64,000 nt of DNA from Ignavibacteriota bacterium (GCA_963787835.1 CAWBEI010000004.1:64001-128000); one strand, 5' to 3'; counted from the first letter of the stretch, positions 48,099-58,531 are shown. Notes: a model not told the origin generated them from the sequence alone. A program made the numbers and translations.

Positions 48099-49225
48099 AA
48101 TTTCAATTCTCGTCATTGCGAGGACAAGCAAGGTGGCGACGAAGCGATCCCTCGTGGATTTGGTTGACCCGTGCAGATTGCTTCGTCGTCCCTTCGGGAC
48201 TCCTCGCAATGACGGTATTATTATTATTTGCTTTTCCGATCTATGCTCAGCATCTGCGCATCTTCGCCTGTGCCATAGCCAACGATAGCACTGGTGCATC
48301 CATGGGTGGAAGCTCCAATGGTTCCGGACTCTACCAATCCGACGATACCGGCAAAACTTGGAAGCATTTGGGATGGGATAATATCAAATGCTACTCGATG
48401 GACATGGTGCAGTCCTCGAATGGCCGCATTCTCTACGAGGCCACCGGCCTCGGCATTCTGCACTCCACCGATTATGGCGAGCACTGGAAGCAGATCACCG
48501 ATTGGCGCATCTCCGAAGCAATGGATGTTGCTGTCAATCAAAAAAATCCGAATGAGATATACATTGCCACAGCGCATGGGCCGTGGAGGAGTGAGGATGG
48601 GGGGAAGACCTGGGAGGCATTACTGGAGGGATTGCCTGTTCCATACACATGCAGAATTGTCATTGATTCAGTAATACCGAATCATGTGCTTGTTGCTTCG
48701 GAAGCAGGTATTTTCGCTTTGTGGAACGATACTTGGATAATAATTCCATGCGAGCAAAAGAATATTCGAAATGAGAAGGAAAAAACTCCAACCGAAATTC
48801 GATTCATCGATCAACTATCTCAGGATATCTGGCTTGCAGCAAGCGAGAACTCTCGGGAGTTGATTTCGTCGGACTCTGCGAAATCATTCGGCACTCCCAG
48901 CTTCGGTGACGAGGGTTTATGGACAATTTCTTCAATTTCACTCGGGCGAGACCATGACGTGACTGCGATGGGAGGAGGTTGGGGACATGCCATTTCTGAT
49001 AGGAACGATGATGAGGTTCGACAGTTCCGGGATGACAAAATAAAAAATGTCAGCAGCATTCTTCAAATTCCTATTCCGTATGATATGGGAAGTAGCTCTC
49101 ATGCCATGGGATTGTATAGTAGCCCGATGTTCGGCACACTTGGGGATGGAATTCCATGGAATGGTAAATCAAAGCTTTTTGACCGTCAAATCTGGACGCT
49201 CAAATCCTTCCTCGTCACGCCATGA
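48095..49225 (+). CDS. Secreted BNR/Asp-box beta-propeller protein
   Basis: SDDTGKTW, STDYGEHW and SEDGGKTW boxes. The N-terminal region contains a palindromic repeat. Confidence 0.75.
   Translation: MKFQFSSLRGQARWRRSDPSWIWLTRADCFVVPSGLLAMTVLLLFAFPIYAQHLRIFACAIANDSTGASMGGSSNGSGLYQSDDTGKTWKHLGWDNIKCYSMDMVQSSNGRILYEATGLGILHSTDYGEHWKQITDWRISEAMDVAVNQKNPNEIYIATAHGPWRSEDGGKTWEALLEGLPVPYTCRIVIDSVIPNHVLVASEAGIFALWNDTWIIIPCEQKNIRNEKEKTPTEIRFIDQLSQDIWLAASENSRELISSDSAKSFGTPSFGDEGLWTISSISLGRDHDVTAMGGGWGHAISDRNDDEVRQFRDDKIKNVSSILQIPIPYDMGSSSHAMGLYSSPMFGTLGDGIPWNGKSKLFDRQIWTLKSFLVTP
48111..48214. repeat. GTCATTGCGAG...CTCGCAATGAC palindromic element in the 5' end of the 48095 ORF
   Basis: Inverted termini identical to the 12316 and 52997 copies. 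Confidence 0.9.
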
Positions 49226-51042
49226 AAAACGCATCGTGTAGAACCGAACCTTTATGTTCGGTCGGCAAATCCGCCCGACCTAAAGGTCGGGCGCTACACG
49301 TTTTTCTTTTTCTCCTGCTGCCACTGCAACTTCAGGCACAATCCACACAAACAAAAACCCGCGTCCTCGAGCACATTGCATCCATCCCACTCCGGAATGA
49401 TTTTGCAATGGTTGCGGCGAGAATTCATCAGAATATCGGTGTAGAAAGGGCTTACAAACAGCTCGATACGCTTCTCTCACGCGCGTATGGCGATATGTTC
49501 TGGATGTATGGCTGCGCGGGGCTTTATTATGCAACGGCGGATGTGCTGCGTCCGCAATACAAAGCGCGCATTCGAGAGTGCTGGAAGCATTGCACGCCCT
49601 ATCGCGGCGATACGGAGAATCATTTTCTGATGTATTACGGCTCGCTCTTCCTGATGGCGCAGGCGTGGCCCGATCTGCCGGATACAGCATGGTTTATGGG
49701 CAAATCGTCGAAGGAAATCTATGATGAATCGAAAGAATATCTCGATCACTGGATCGACGAGACTGTCCGTAATGGGCAGGAAGAATGGGATTCGCCACGC
49801 TATGGCTATTATTATATCACGCCGCTTGCGCTGCTTGCTGAACACACCAAAGATAAGCGCATGAAGCACCGCTTTTCGATGATGCTCGAATACGAGCTTG
49901 CATCTTACGCCGCCGATTACCTGAATGGGAGCTATTGCGGTGCACACTCCCGCGTCAGCGATGAATGCGCCATTGATCCGCACTCTGCCGAGATCGAAAC
50001 GTATGGTAATTATTTCTTCGGTGAAGATGGCGGCGAGGCGCGATTGGATACGCTCGCCGCAATGCATCCCGACATTGCGTTCGCTGCAATGACAAGTTTC
50101 AAATGCCCCGACATCATCTGTCATATTGCGACCGATCGTTCAGAGAGCTATGAGCAATTCTCGCTAAAGCGAGGACGGCAAATGCTGCGTTACTTAGGTG
50201 AGTGGAGCAGCACAGATTCCAGCCATGATTCCACCTTCCATGCGCCGGTCTATAAATACGATTACATGACGAAGGATTACTGCCTTGGCTCGATGCAAGG
50301 AGGAATTGTGCAGCCGATACAGCAGCAATCCTGGTCGCTTGTCTTTAATTCGGATAAGCACCATAATATTATTACGGGACTCAATCCTTACGTGAGCGCA
50401 GATGAATTGGGAATGTTCTTTCCTGAATATCCCAGCTTTATGCTCGAACGCATCGGCTCGACAAAAGCCAGCTACACAAGCGAGAACAAATGGGAAGGCG
50501 GCTCGCCGTACGAGCATATTTATCAGGATAAGAATGTGCTCGTCGCGTTGTATGATTTGCCGGATAGCGAGAAGTATCACCACATTGACCTTTATATTCC
50601 CGATTGTTTGACTCCCATTGGCCCTAATCCTGACTCAAATAAGCGAACGTGGCATTGCCCTCCCGGATGGAGACTCTATCAATCCGATTCCGTGTTGGTT
50701 GGAATCTATATGTTCAAAGGGTACACCACCGATTCTACATTATTCGGTACCCGATTCACTTCCGACGACAGTAATTCTGGGTACATCATATTATGCGATG
50801 ATCGTAGAGATTTGTCTGTGAATGAATTTGTCAATAGAGTAGGTAATCTCGCAATTGTTAGAACGCCAGAACGAATATATTCAAAAGGTGATGATCTACA
50901 TACAATAAACATAGAATTGAAGGAAGGAAAGCGGGATGCCGATCGGCTCTTCCATTCCCCTTATCTCGAATCGAACAAAGGCAGCGGTATTCTAACCATG
51001 CGCTATAAGGGTGCGTTGCGGGTGCTGGATTTCAGGAATTAG
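49222..51042 (+). CDS. Secreted hypothetical protein, possibly lyase/heparinase-like alpha-toroid plus beta domain
   Basis: 606 aa; TENH, EWDSPRY and GAHSR motifs; signal-like segment. Confidence 0.6.
   Translation: MKNASCRTEPLCSVGKSARPKGRALHVFLFLLLPLQLQAQSTQTKTRVLEHIASIPLRNDFAMVAARIHQNIGVERAYKQLDTLLSRAYGDMFWMYGCAGLYYATADVLRPQYKARIRECWKHCTPYRGDTENHFLMYYGSLFLMAQAWPDLPDTAWFMGKSSKEIYDESKEYLDHWIDETVRNGQEEWDSPRYGYYYITPLALLAEHTKDKRMKHRFSMMLEYELASYAADYLNGSYCGAHSRVSDECAIDPHSAEIETYGNYFFGEDGGEARLDTLAAMHPDIAFAAMTSFKCPDIICHIATDRSESYEQFSLKRGRQMLRYLGEWSSTDSSHDSTFHAPVYKYDYMTKDYCLGSMQGGIVQPIQQQSWSLVFNSDKHHNIITGLNPYVSADELGMFFPEYPSFMLERIGSTKASYTSENKWEGGSPYEHIYQDKNVLVALYDLPDSEKYHHIDLYIPDCLTPIGPNPDSNKRTWHCPPGWRLYQSDSVLVGIYMFKGYTTDSTLFGTRFTSDDSNSGYIILCDDRRDLSVNEFVNRVGNLAIVRTPERIYSKGDDLHTINIELKEGKRDADRLFHSPYLESNKGSGILTMRYKGALRVLDFRN
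49235..49300. repeat. GTAG-type REP doublet in the 5' end of the 49222 ORF
   Basis: CGTGTAG-AACCGAACCTTTATGTTCGG...CCGACCTAAAGGTCGG-GCG-CTACACG; 66 nt. Confidence 0.75.
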
Positions 51043-51412
51043 CGCCAGGTAAATAGCTTAATAGGTCAGGGAACTCTGCTCGGAAAATATGAGTACAATA
51101 GCTCCGTAAGGAAGGAGCATCAACCGTTGCAGAATCCCAGACGCGGGGTAATGTGGTGCCCCAATACTCATGGACAATATAATTTCGGAAGTCTTTAATT
51201 CGTACCCAATCGACATTGTGGTATTTCTGTTTCAACTCATTTGAGATGTGAGCCGACGCTTCGCCGATGATTACCAGTTTGTACAAAACGCCACTATGCA
51301 ATAGCTCATTATTCACAAACTCTTCGAAGGACTTCGGACCTTCAAGAAATCCGGCGATCGCATCTGCTGCCTCGATAATATCGATCAAACGGGGTGCATT
51401 AGGTCGCTTCAT
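51032..51412 (-). CDS. HepT-like (DUF86) HEPN ribonuclease toxin
   Basis: IIGEA...W..IKDFRNYIVHEY (Rx4H motif). Confidence 0.9.
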   Translation of the reverse strand: MKRPNAPRLIDIIEAADAIAGFLEGPKSFEEFVNNELLHSGVLYKLVIIGEASAHISNELKQKYHNVDWVRIKDFRNYIVHEYWGTTLPRVWDSATVDAPSLRSYCTHIFRAEFPDLLSYLPGANS

Positions 51413-51725
51413 ATAACGGTTTTATATCGGGGATCGCATAGTCTCGAATAATAGGTTTCAGACCGTGGCGAGGTGCGAGGTCAACTGGCACTCCAAACAA
51501 CTGCGAGAGTTCATCGCGAAAGCGGCCATATCCGATAAGACCCAGAACGGTATCCGGTAAAAATTCCACGAGGAGATCGACATCGCTGTCGGGACGGTTA
51601 TCTCCGCGCGCGCGCGAGCCAAAGACCGATAGTTCTTTCACCCGGTATTTTTGGCAAATAAGCTGAAGTTCCGCTTCGGGAACCTGTATTCCTGGAATGT
51701 GCTGCATATCACTAAAACGAATCAA
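51399..51725 (-). CDS. MntA-like minimal nucleotidyltransferase antitoxin
   Basis: VFGSRARGDNRPDSDVDLLV. Confidence 0.92.
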   Translation of the reverse strand: MIRFSDMQHIPGIQVPEAELQLICQKYRVKELSVFGSRARGDNRPDSDVDLLVEFLPDTVLGLIGYGRFRDELSQLFGVPVDLAPRHGLKPIIRDYAIPDIKPLYEAT

Positions 51726-51738
51726 AATGCAAGCCGGT

Positions 51739-52911
51739 TCACCGCTTCAGCTTCGGATCGAACGCATCGCGCAGGCCATCGCCAAACAGATTGAAGGCGA
51801 ACACGGCAAGCATGATGGCGAGAGCGGGGAAAAGCGTCAGACCCCAGTTCGATCCGGCAGCGATGTAGCCATAGCCATCGTGGATCATTTGTCCCCAGGT
51901 GGAAGTGGGTGGTTGAACACCTAATCCAAGGAACGAAAGCGAAGCTTCATAAATAATTGCATTCGCAAAACCGGCAGTTGCAATAACGATGATCGGCCCA
52001 AGCGAATTGGGAAGGATATGCCGAAAGATGGTCCGTTTGTTCGAAAGTCCGAGCGCTTTGGTGGCTTCAACGTATTCGGTTTCGCGCAGTGCAAAGAACT
52101 GCCCACGCACGATACGTGCCATATCGACCCACTCGGTAATGCCGATAGCAATGATCGTCTGCCACATGCCCAAACCAAGTGCGATCGAAAGAGCTATGAT
52201 GAGAAGCAGCGATGGAATCGACCACACCACATTCGTAAACCACATCAGCCCATCATCGACCGGGCCGCGATAAAATCCCGCAAGCGAGCCAAGTATTACT
52301 CCGATGAATAGACTGCACATTTCTGCAAAAAATGCCACCGTCAGCGAAACGCGAGCCCCATACATCAGGCGGGAGAGCACATCGCGACCGTAGCGATCGG
52401 TACCGAAATAATAGGTGGGTGTTTTGTGCCAATCTTTTTCTGAAGTTCCGGCAAGGCGAGAAATGGGAATTGATTTATCGCGACCCTCATCGGTGGTGTA
52501 GATGACTCGGTCACCTTGAATGCGATATTCACCAATAGGAATGGGGATGGTCTGGGTTGGATCGACCTCGCTTTTTGTCAGCAGCACATTCCCCTGAAAT
52601 CCGATGGGCTTTGTGGAATACTCGAGCACTTGCATATTAGGATCGAACGGCGCGAGTGCGCTGGCAAATACGGCCACAATAATTAGAATTGCAGTGATGA
52701 CAAGACCAGCCATTGCAAGCCGGTTACGCCGTAATCGCCGCCAGGAATAATACGAAAGGGAATGCGGCTGCTGCTGAAGAACGTGCTCATTCTCCAATTT
52801 CCGCCGCTCAGCCTCTTCTCTGGTAATGCGCGGAGGAGCAGTGCCCAGCTCGATCAATTCCTCGCTTACATCCTCGGCAGCCAATAATTCGGGTGTCTCT
52901 TCCAATTGCAT
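51739..52911 (-). CDS. Oligopeptide ABC transporter permease (DppC/OppC-like)
   Basis: FGTDRYGRDVLSRL.YGARVSL, EYVEA.KALG, LSFLGLG and FNLFGDGLRDAFDP. Confidence 0.94.
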   Translation of the reverse strand: MQLEETPELLAAEDVSEELIELGTAPPRITREEAERRKLENEHVLQQQPHSLSYYSWRRLRRNRLAMAGLVITAILIIVAVFASALAPFDPNMQVLEYSTKPIGFQGNVLLTKSEVDPTQTIPIPIGEYRIQGDRVIYTTDEGRDKSIPISRLAGTSEKDWHKTPTYYFGTDRYGRDVLSRLMYGARVSLTVAFFAEMCSLFIGVILGSLAGFYRGPVDDGLMWFTNVVWSIPSLLLIIALSIALGLGMWQTIIAIGITEWVDMARIVRGQFFALRETEYVEATKALGLSNKRTIFRHILPNSLGPIIVIATAGFANAIIYEASLSFLGLGVQPPTSTWGQMIHDGYGYIAAGSNWGLTLFPALAIMLAVFAFNLFGDGLRDAFDPKLKR

Positions 52912-52996
52912 TTTGTCTATTCGATACAGAATGACAAATATGCGGTGATAGAGATTCCCGCAGAAATTTCACTTTATCACAACCACTGTGTCGTAA

Positions 52997-53116
52997 CGTC
53001 ATTGCGAGGAAGAATCACGAAGCGTAGCGGAGTGATTCTGACGAAGCAATCTCACCCTTGAGGTTGCTTCGTCGCATGATTTTCCCTCCGGTCGAATCAT
53101 GCTCCTCGCAATGACG
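52997..53116. repeat. Intergenic GTCATTGCGAG...CTCGCAATGAC palindromic element
   Basis: Inverted termini plus an inner GACGAAGCAA/TTGCTTCGTC pair. Confidence 0.9.
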
Positions 53117-53136
53117 ATCACATAATTGCAGGAATT

Positions 53137-54681
53137 TTAATACGCGTTCTTATCGCCCCGAAGAATGCAGACGATGGTACGCGCAACGATGGTCAGATCG
53201 AACAAGAACGACCAGTTCTCGATGTAATACAGATCGTGCTCGATGCGACGTTGCATCGCCTCGGGATTTTGGGTTGCTCCACGATAGCCATTCACTTGTG
53301 CCCATCCGGTGAGGCCAGGTTTCACGAAATGCCGAACCATGTATTGCGAAATGATCTTGCGATAGTCTTCGGTATGCTTCAGCATGTGTGGGCGCGGCCC
53401 AATCACGGACATCTCGCCTCGGAGCACATTCCAGAATTGTGGCAGTTCGTCGAAACTGGTGCGGCGCAGTATCCGACCGAATCCTGTCAGGCGTGGATCG
53501 TTCTTTGTGGCCTGTACGCGGTGTGCGGCTTCGGCATCCTCTCGCATGGTCCGAAATTTATAACAGGTAAATGTTTGGCCGTCCTCACCGGTTCGCGCCT
53601 GCCGAAAGAAGATAGGGCCACGCGAGCCAAGTTTGATAAAGAGTGCGCTAACAAGAAAGACGATCGGGAAAATGGTTACAAGCACCACAAAACTAAAGAG
53701 GACATCGAAGGTGCGCTTTACCGTTCTGTGTGCCCATTGGTCAAGGGGAGCTTCGCGCATGCGAACCAGGGAGAAATCGCCGACGCGCTCGATGGTGCGC
53801 GAAGTCAGCGGTCCATAGGAGAGTTCTTCACTGGGTAATAAGGCGACCCGAATACAGCGATCGTCACATGCCGCAACAAGTTGCGAAATGGTGTTCTCAT
53901 CCGCCTTTGGAAGAGCGATCACTACTTCGTCGATCGTTTGGTTGGTGGCAATACGTTCGAGGTCGCTGAGTTTTCCGAGGATCATCGGGCGAACGTGGCT
54001 ATCTACGCCGTTATCGTCCAGGAACCCGAGTACCTTGTAGCCATACGCCGGATTAGTGCGGACGGTATCGTAGAAACGCTCGCCGTAACTTCCAGCGCCT
54101 ATCACGACGATATTTTTTCGCGGAGATTTCTGCTGGCGTACCGTCGTAGCTGCCGATAATGTGACAATACGAAGGCCAACAAGCACCAACGGGATCGACG
54201 TTAAAAAATAAGCCAGGAAAAGCCGAGAATAATAGTTATATCCTCCCTGCGCTACGATAAAAAGAAGCAGTGCGCCAGCAAGCAGAAGACCTGCTCGCGC
54301 GACCGAACGAATCTGATCGAGATTTCCAGAAGACTGTCCTGACTCCATCTCCGGCTGCTTTCGCGGGCGCCGATAGATCGGAAGCAGGATGGCGATGGCC
54401 GCCCAAAACACATTGAGAAAGATTTCCAGCTCGGGATAAATCGACCACGGTGCGCCGCCCAAGCGTTCAGGACTGCCGGCGAAGAATGCTCCAAAACGAA
54501 CGAGCAACATTAAATGGTACGTTACATTCAACACCAAAAGGTCCATCACGAACTGCAAGAGGCGAAGAAGGACGCTATTATACGTTCTCCGAGCAGTTGG
54601 TACAGCATTAGCCGAGATAAGGTGTGTGCCGGAGTCAGCAGATTCCGGTTTTTTCAAAGCGATCGAAGGTGCGTTTGTCAT
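53137..54681 (-). CDS. wcaJ: Undecaprenyl-phosphate glucose phosphotransferase (WcaJ-type)
   Basis: KRTFD, KFRTM, DELPQ..NVL.GEMS.IGPRP and KPGLTGWAQV. ATG 54681 overlaps the upstream stop. Confidence 0.88.
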   Translation of the reverse strand: MTNAPSIALKKPESADSGTHLISANAVPTARRTYNSVLLRLLQFVMDLLVLNVTYHLMLLVRFGAFFAGSPERLGGAPWSIYPELEIFLNVFWAAIAILLPIYRRPRKQPEMESGQSSGNLDQIRSVARAGLLLAGALLLFIVAQGGYNYYSRLFLAYFLTSIPLVLVGLRIVTLSAATTVRQQKSPRKNIVVIGAGSYGERFYDTVRTNPAYGYKVLGFLDDNGVDSHVRPMILGKLSDLERIATNQTIDEVVIALPKADENTISQLVAACDDRCIRVALLPSEELSYGPLTSRTIERVGDFSLVRMREAPLDQWAHRTVKRTFDVLFSFVVLVTIFPIVFLVSALFIKLGSRGPIFFRQARTGEDGQTFTCYKFRTMREDAEAAHRVQATKNDPRLTGFGRILRRTSFDELPQFWNVLRGEMSVIGPRPHMLKHTEDYRKIISQYMVRHFVKPGLTGWAQVNGYRGATQNPEAMQRRIEHDLYYIENWSFLFDLTIVARTIVCILRGDKNAY

Positions 54682-56087
54682 GAGTTCACGCTCCTTACTC
54701 GTTCGCGGATCGTTTCCGGATTTTGTTTGGCAGGTGGCTCCCCGATACCGGCGCCATCGAAAAATTCCGGGACGCACATTCGGATCACGGAATTGAACGT
54801 GCGAAAGACATGCTCCCAGGTATAACGGTCCTGAACCAGTTCACGCGCGTTGCGAGCAAGCCGAAGCGCTTTGTCATCATTTTTGAGCAGGGAAAGCGTG
54901 GCTTCGATAATTTCCTGATCGCTCGATCGGATAAGCGCATGGACGTTATCTTCCAATCCCTCGATCCCGCTTGCGCCCACCGGCGTTGTTACGATGGGTG
55001 TACCGACCGCCATGGCCTCCAGTAGCTTGTTCTGTATGCCTGCGCCGACGGTCTGGGCATGTACGAGCACTTTGGCGCTATGCAGGTATGGCCGAACATC
55101 CTCTACGTCCGCATGAAGTTCTGCACCCGGCGTATGCTCGATCAGTGCTCGCAATTGCTTCCCGGGCGATTTCCCGATCATCATCAGCTTCGTGCGCGGA
55201 GAAACTTCCCGAATTTTCGGATAGATGTTTTTCAGCAACCGCCGGGCCATCTGGATATTATGATACGTTCCAAGATGACCGAAGAAGATCAGTTTATCTT
55301 CACGCTCACCGGCATAAAAATCGAACTCGTTCAGATCAACGCCGTTGGAAAGGATAGCGGTTGGCAGTGATGGATCTGCGGTGAGAATTCTTCGTTCATC
55401 GACCTTTGAAACGAAGGTGATCCGTTCGAATCCCTCGGCCATAGCGCGCGGCTCATACTCGCGCAACCGGTTAGCATCTATTTTCCGGATAAGATATTGC
55501 AATTGATCTCCGATGCCTCGGAATGGCGAGAACCTTCCCGACGCGCGTTCTTCCAGAATAACGCGGGCGTCTTCTGCCACCAGCAGTTTTGGGGTTCGAG
55601 TATGATTCCGAACGAATTTCGCGGTGCGGAGGAAAAAGCAGACGATCAGATCGTATTCGTTCGTGGCAAGTGCGCGATCAACCGCCTCCTGCATGGCAAC
55701 ATCGTCATAATAGGCAAACTCGATAGGGCGGCGGCTGACAAAGGCTTTCGCTACACGGATCATTGCGCGCTGTTTGTCGAATGGCAGTAACTCCAGATTT
55801 GCGAATGCTTCAAGTTCCGGGATATTTTCGGGGGTGGCGCTCTTGGCTTCATCGAGCGCGATCAGATCGACATCGGCGATTGTGGAGAGATGTTGGACGA
55901 GATAATATGACTTTATCCGGTCGCCACCTATCAAAGGATAGGGGAAGCGATAGGAAAGAAAAAGAACGCGCGGCTTGCGCGCACCTTCGCGGTGTGCGTT
56001 GCCGATTCGTGCGTAGTCATTCGTGTGGCTGTTGGTGCTGTGACCGCTCATACGATCATGGCTTCTCATGCGGGTACCTTGTGACAT
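54678..56087 (-). CDS. Glycosyltransferase family 4 protein
   Basis: RFPYP..GGD.I and GAGIQNKLLEAMA.G.P. Confidence 0.9.
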   Translation of the reverse strand: MSQGTRMRSHDRMSGHSTNSHTNDYARIGNAHREGARKPRVLFLSYRFPYPLIGGDRIKSYYLVQHLSTIADVDLIALDEAKSATPENIPELEAFANLELLPFDKQRAMIRVAKAFVSRRPIEFAYYDDVAMQEAVDRALATNEYDLIVCFFLRTAKFVRNHTRTPKLLVAEDARVILEERASGRFSPFRGIGDQLQYLIRKIDANRLREYEPRAMAEGFERITFVSKVDERRILTADPSLPTAILSNGVDLNEFDFYAGEREDKLIFFGHLGTYHNIQMARRLLKNIYPKIREVSPRTKLMMIGKSPGKQLRALIEHTPGAELHADVEDVRPYLHSAKVLVHAQTVGAGIQNKLLEAMAVGTPIVTTPVGASGIEGLEDNVHALIRSSDQEIIEATLSLLKNDDKALRLARNARELVQDRYTWEHVFRTFNSVIRMCVPEFFDGAGIGEPPAKQNPETIRERVRSVNS

Positions 56088-56699
56088 TGCTTACGTTTTG
56101 CTCTGACAATGATTCGAAATCCTGACTCTTCCGACAACAGCCGTGTTAGCGAACGTTGTCTTAGCGCCCTCCGCAACTGCAGAGATCGCCCTTCTTAAAG
56201 AAGACCTGTGAGTCAGGAAATGGTAACCGTATCAATGGCCATACTTATGGGTAAAATTTTGTGACCTATTGCGGGGGGAGGGGAACAATCGAGTTCCACA
56301 ATCGAGCAGGCGAACGCTCGGTTGCAGCCGGAGAACCGAAAGCGCAAGGAGCAAGCGATGCGGGGAAGCGCTTGCCCGGAATGCAGAGGTTTCAATAAAT
56401 CGCAACAGGTCAGCAGGATAAAAATACGTAAAGCACACAGCCGCCGGAAGTACCGGTTTTGGCTGCTGAAGGGGTCTAAACCACAAAATACTCAAGAATC
56501 TTCCCTAAATCCTATAGAAATCAAAGAAAAATGAGGCACATTCGTGAACATGCTTTAGCCCCCAAATACAACCAGTCTCAAGGGACAAAAGCTCGATGCG
56601 CTTCTAATTTCTACAAAATTAGCTATCTTTTCTTTGAAAAGCAATAGGGGGAAAAATTTGTGACCTAAATTCCAGGAGGAAAACGGTACCCATCCTCCG

Positions 56700-56846
56700 T
56701 CAAACAGGTCGTCTGCCCTGGATGATCCGAACCAGCACTGAGATGATCGCAAGAATGAACAGGACGTGAATGATCGCGCCAATATTCCAAACCGTGAAGC
56801 CAAGCAGCCATCCGATAAGGAGAAGAATAAGTATGGTCCAAAGCAT
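56700..56846 (-). CDS. lmo0937/DUF5670 family small membrane protein
   Basis: Manual translation: MLWTILILLLIGWLLGFTVWNIGAIIHVLFILAIISVLVRIIQGRRPV* (48 aa, below the ORF-track cutoff). Confidence 0.88.
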   Translation of the reverse strand: MLWTILILLLIGWLLGFTVWNIGAIIHVLFILAIISVLVRIIQGRRPV

Positions 56847-56872
56847 GGTCGTCTTTTATTTTGGTGAATTGA

Positions 56873-57022
56873 TTAAAAGTCGGGGATCCATTCATGGAGC
56901 GCGAGCGCCAGAATGGTGAGGATTGTGAGCACGATCAACGGTTGGAGGATCGCTCGTGCAACCAGTATCGTCGCTCCCGGCTCCCGCAGTGCAGAAAGTA
57001 TGTTGATGATGATACCAAACAT
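56873..57022 (-). CDS. Small hydrophobic hypothetical protein
   Basis: Manual translation: MFGIIINILSALREPGATILVARAILQPLIVLTILTILALALHEWIPDF* (49 aa). Confidence 0.4.
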   Translation of the reverse strand: MFGIIINILSALREPGATILVARAILQPLIVLTILTILALALHEWIPDF

Positions 57023-57148
57023 AATGGGATGGAGGGCACAATTATCATACCAAAGAGAGAGATTGGGAATTCAAGCGAATTATCGCAATTCGTAACTTTC
57101 AGGTGACCACTTCGTCATTCAATACGGATCTCTTACCATATTAATGAA

Positions 57149-58531
57149 ATGAAAAAAATCTGTTTTGTTCTCATCTCCATTCTTTCTTCATCGCTTCAAG
57201 CTTCATCGCTCCTGGCGCAACAGAAGTCGAACAATGCAACCGATGATGGGCGCTCCATTGCCATCACAGTCTATAATGACGATCTTGGCGTCGTTCGCGA
57301 CGTTCGTAAATTCAGTATTAAAGATGGCACAAGCGAAGTCCGAATGGTGGATGTGCCTTCTCGCATCGATCCGACGACGGTGAAGATCACCGATCTCGAT
57401 CATCCGAAAGACATCGATGTGCTCGAACAGAATTATGAGTACGATCTTATCAGCCAGGATAAACTACTTCAGAAGTATATTGATAAATCTATTACTCTTG
57501 TTTCGAATGCTGGAAAACGCATCACTGGAACTGTTCTTGCCGTCGAGGCAGGGAAATTAATGCTGATGACCGATTCCGGGATCGTATCGGTTTCGGGTCT
57601 TACCGGCTATACGCTGAGTATGTCTTCAGTCGCCGAGGGGCTTTACACAAAACCAACATTGATATGGCAATTGCAATCTGATAGAACGTTGACGAACGAG
57701 CCGCTCGAAGTGCTCTATCAAACGGGTGGAATGAAGTGGCATGCCGAATATATCGCGGCGCTTAGTGACGATGAAAAATCGCTGGATCTCAGCGGATGGG
57801 TCAGCATTGAAAACAACAGTGGAGCATCGTTCCCGGATGCGAAACTGAAACTGGTTGCGGGATCGATCAATCGAGTGTCGCCTACACCACGAAATAAGTC
57901 TGATCTTATGTTCAGTGGTGCTGCCCGAGCTTCTGCGCCCCAATTCGAAGAACACGGCATGTTCGAATACCACGTCTATGATCTTGACCGAAAAACGACG
58001 ATCAATAACGATGAAGTAAAACAAATCTCGCTCCTAACCGCAAATGGCGTTGGTTCTGAAAAGCATTACACGTACGAAGGCGGGAAGGATGTTGCGGTAA
58101 CCATAAGTTTTCAAAATTCCGAGGCAAATCATCTTGGGATACCATTGCCGATGGGCGTTATCCGCGTGATGAAGCGCGATAACGATGGTACGCTCGAATT
58201 CATCGGCGAGGATCGAATCGAGCACACCCCGCGCGATGAAAAACTTACACTTCATGTCGGAAATGCGTTCGATCTGGTTGGCGACAGGCAGGTTACCGCA
58301 AGCCGCACCCTCGGCGAGCATGAAAGCGAAGAAACTGTAGAGATCACGTTGAAAAATCATAAGGACGAAGACGTTACAATTGATGCCTTAGAAAATCTTG
58401 GAACTGACTGGGAGATCATTCAGAAATCCATGGACTACGAAAAGAAGAATGCAAACTCCATCGTCTTTCGCGTTCCCGTCAAAGCTCGTAGTGAGCAAAA
58501 GGTGACTTACACGGTGCAGCACCGGTGGTAA
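57149..58531 (+). CDS. DUF4139/DUF4140 domain secreted protein
   Basis: ITVYNDDLGVVRD.R, LEQNYEYDL, W.AEY, F.DA.L.LVAG and FIGED.I.HTP. Confidence 0.88.
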   Translation: MKKICFVLISILSSSLQASSLLAQQKSNNATDDGRSIAITVYNDDLGVVRDVRKFSIKDGTSEVRMVDVPSRIDPTTVKITDLDHPKDIDVLEQNYEYDLISQDKLLQKYIDKSITLVSNAGKRITGTVLAVEAGKLMLMTDSGIVSVSGLTGYTLSMSSVAEGLYTKPTLIWQLQSDRTLTNEPLEVLYQTGGMKWHAEYIAALSDDEKSLDLSGWVSIENNSGASFPDAKLKLVAGSINRVSPTPRNKSDLMFSGAARASAPQFEEHGMFEYHVYDLDRKTTINNDEVKQISLLTANGVGSEKHYTYEGGKDVAVTISFQNSEANHLGIPLPMGVIRVMKRDNDGTLEFIGEDRIEHTPRDEKLTLHVGNAFDLVGDRQVTASRTLGEHESEETVEITLKNHKDEDVTIDALENLGTDWEIIQKSMDYEKKNANSIVFRVPVKARSEQKVTYTVQHRW

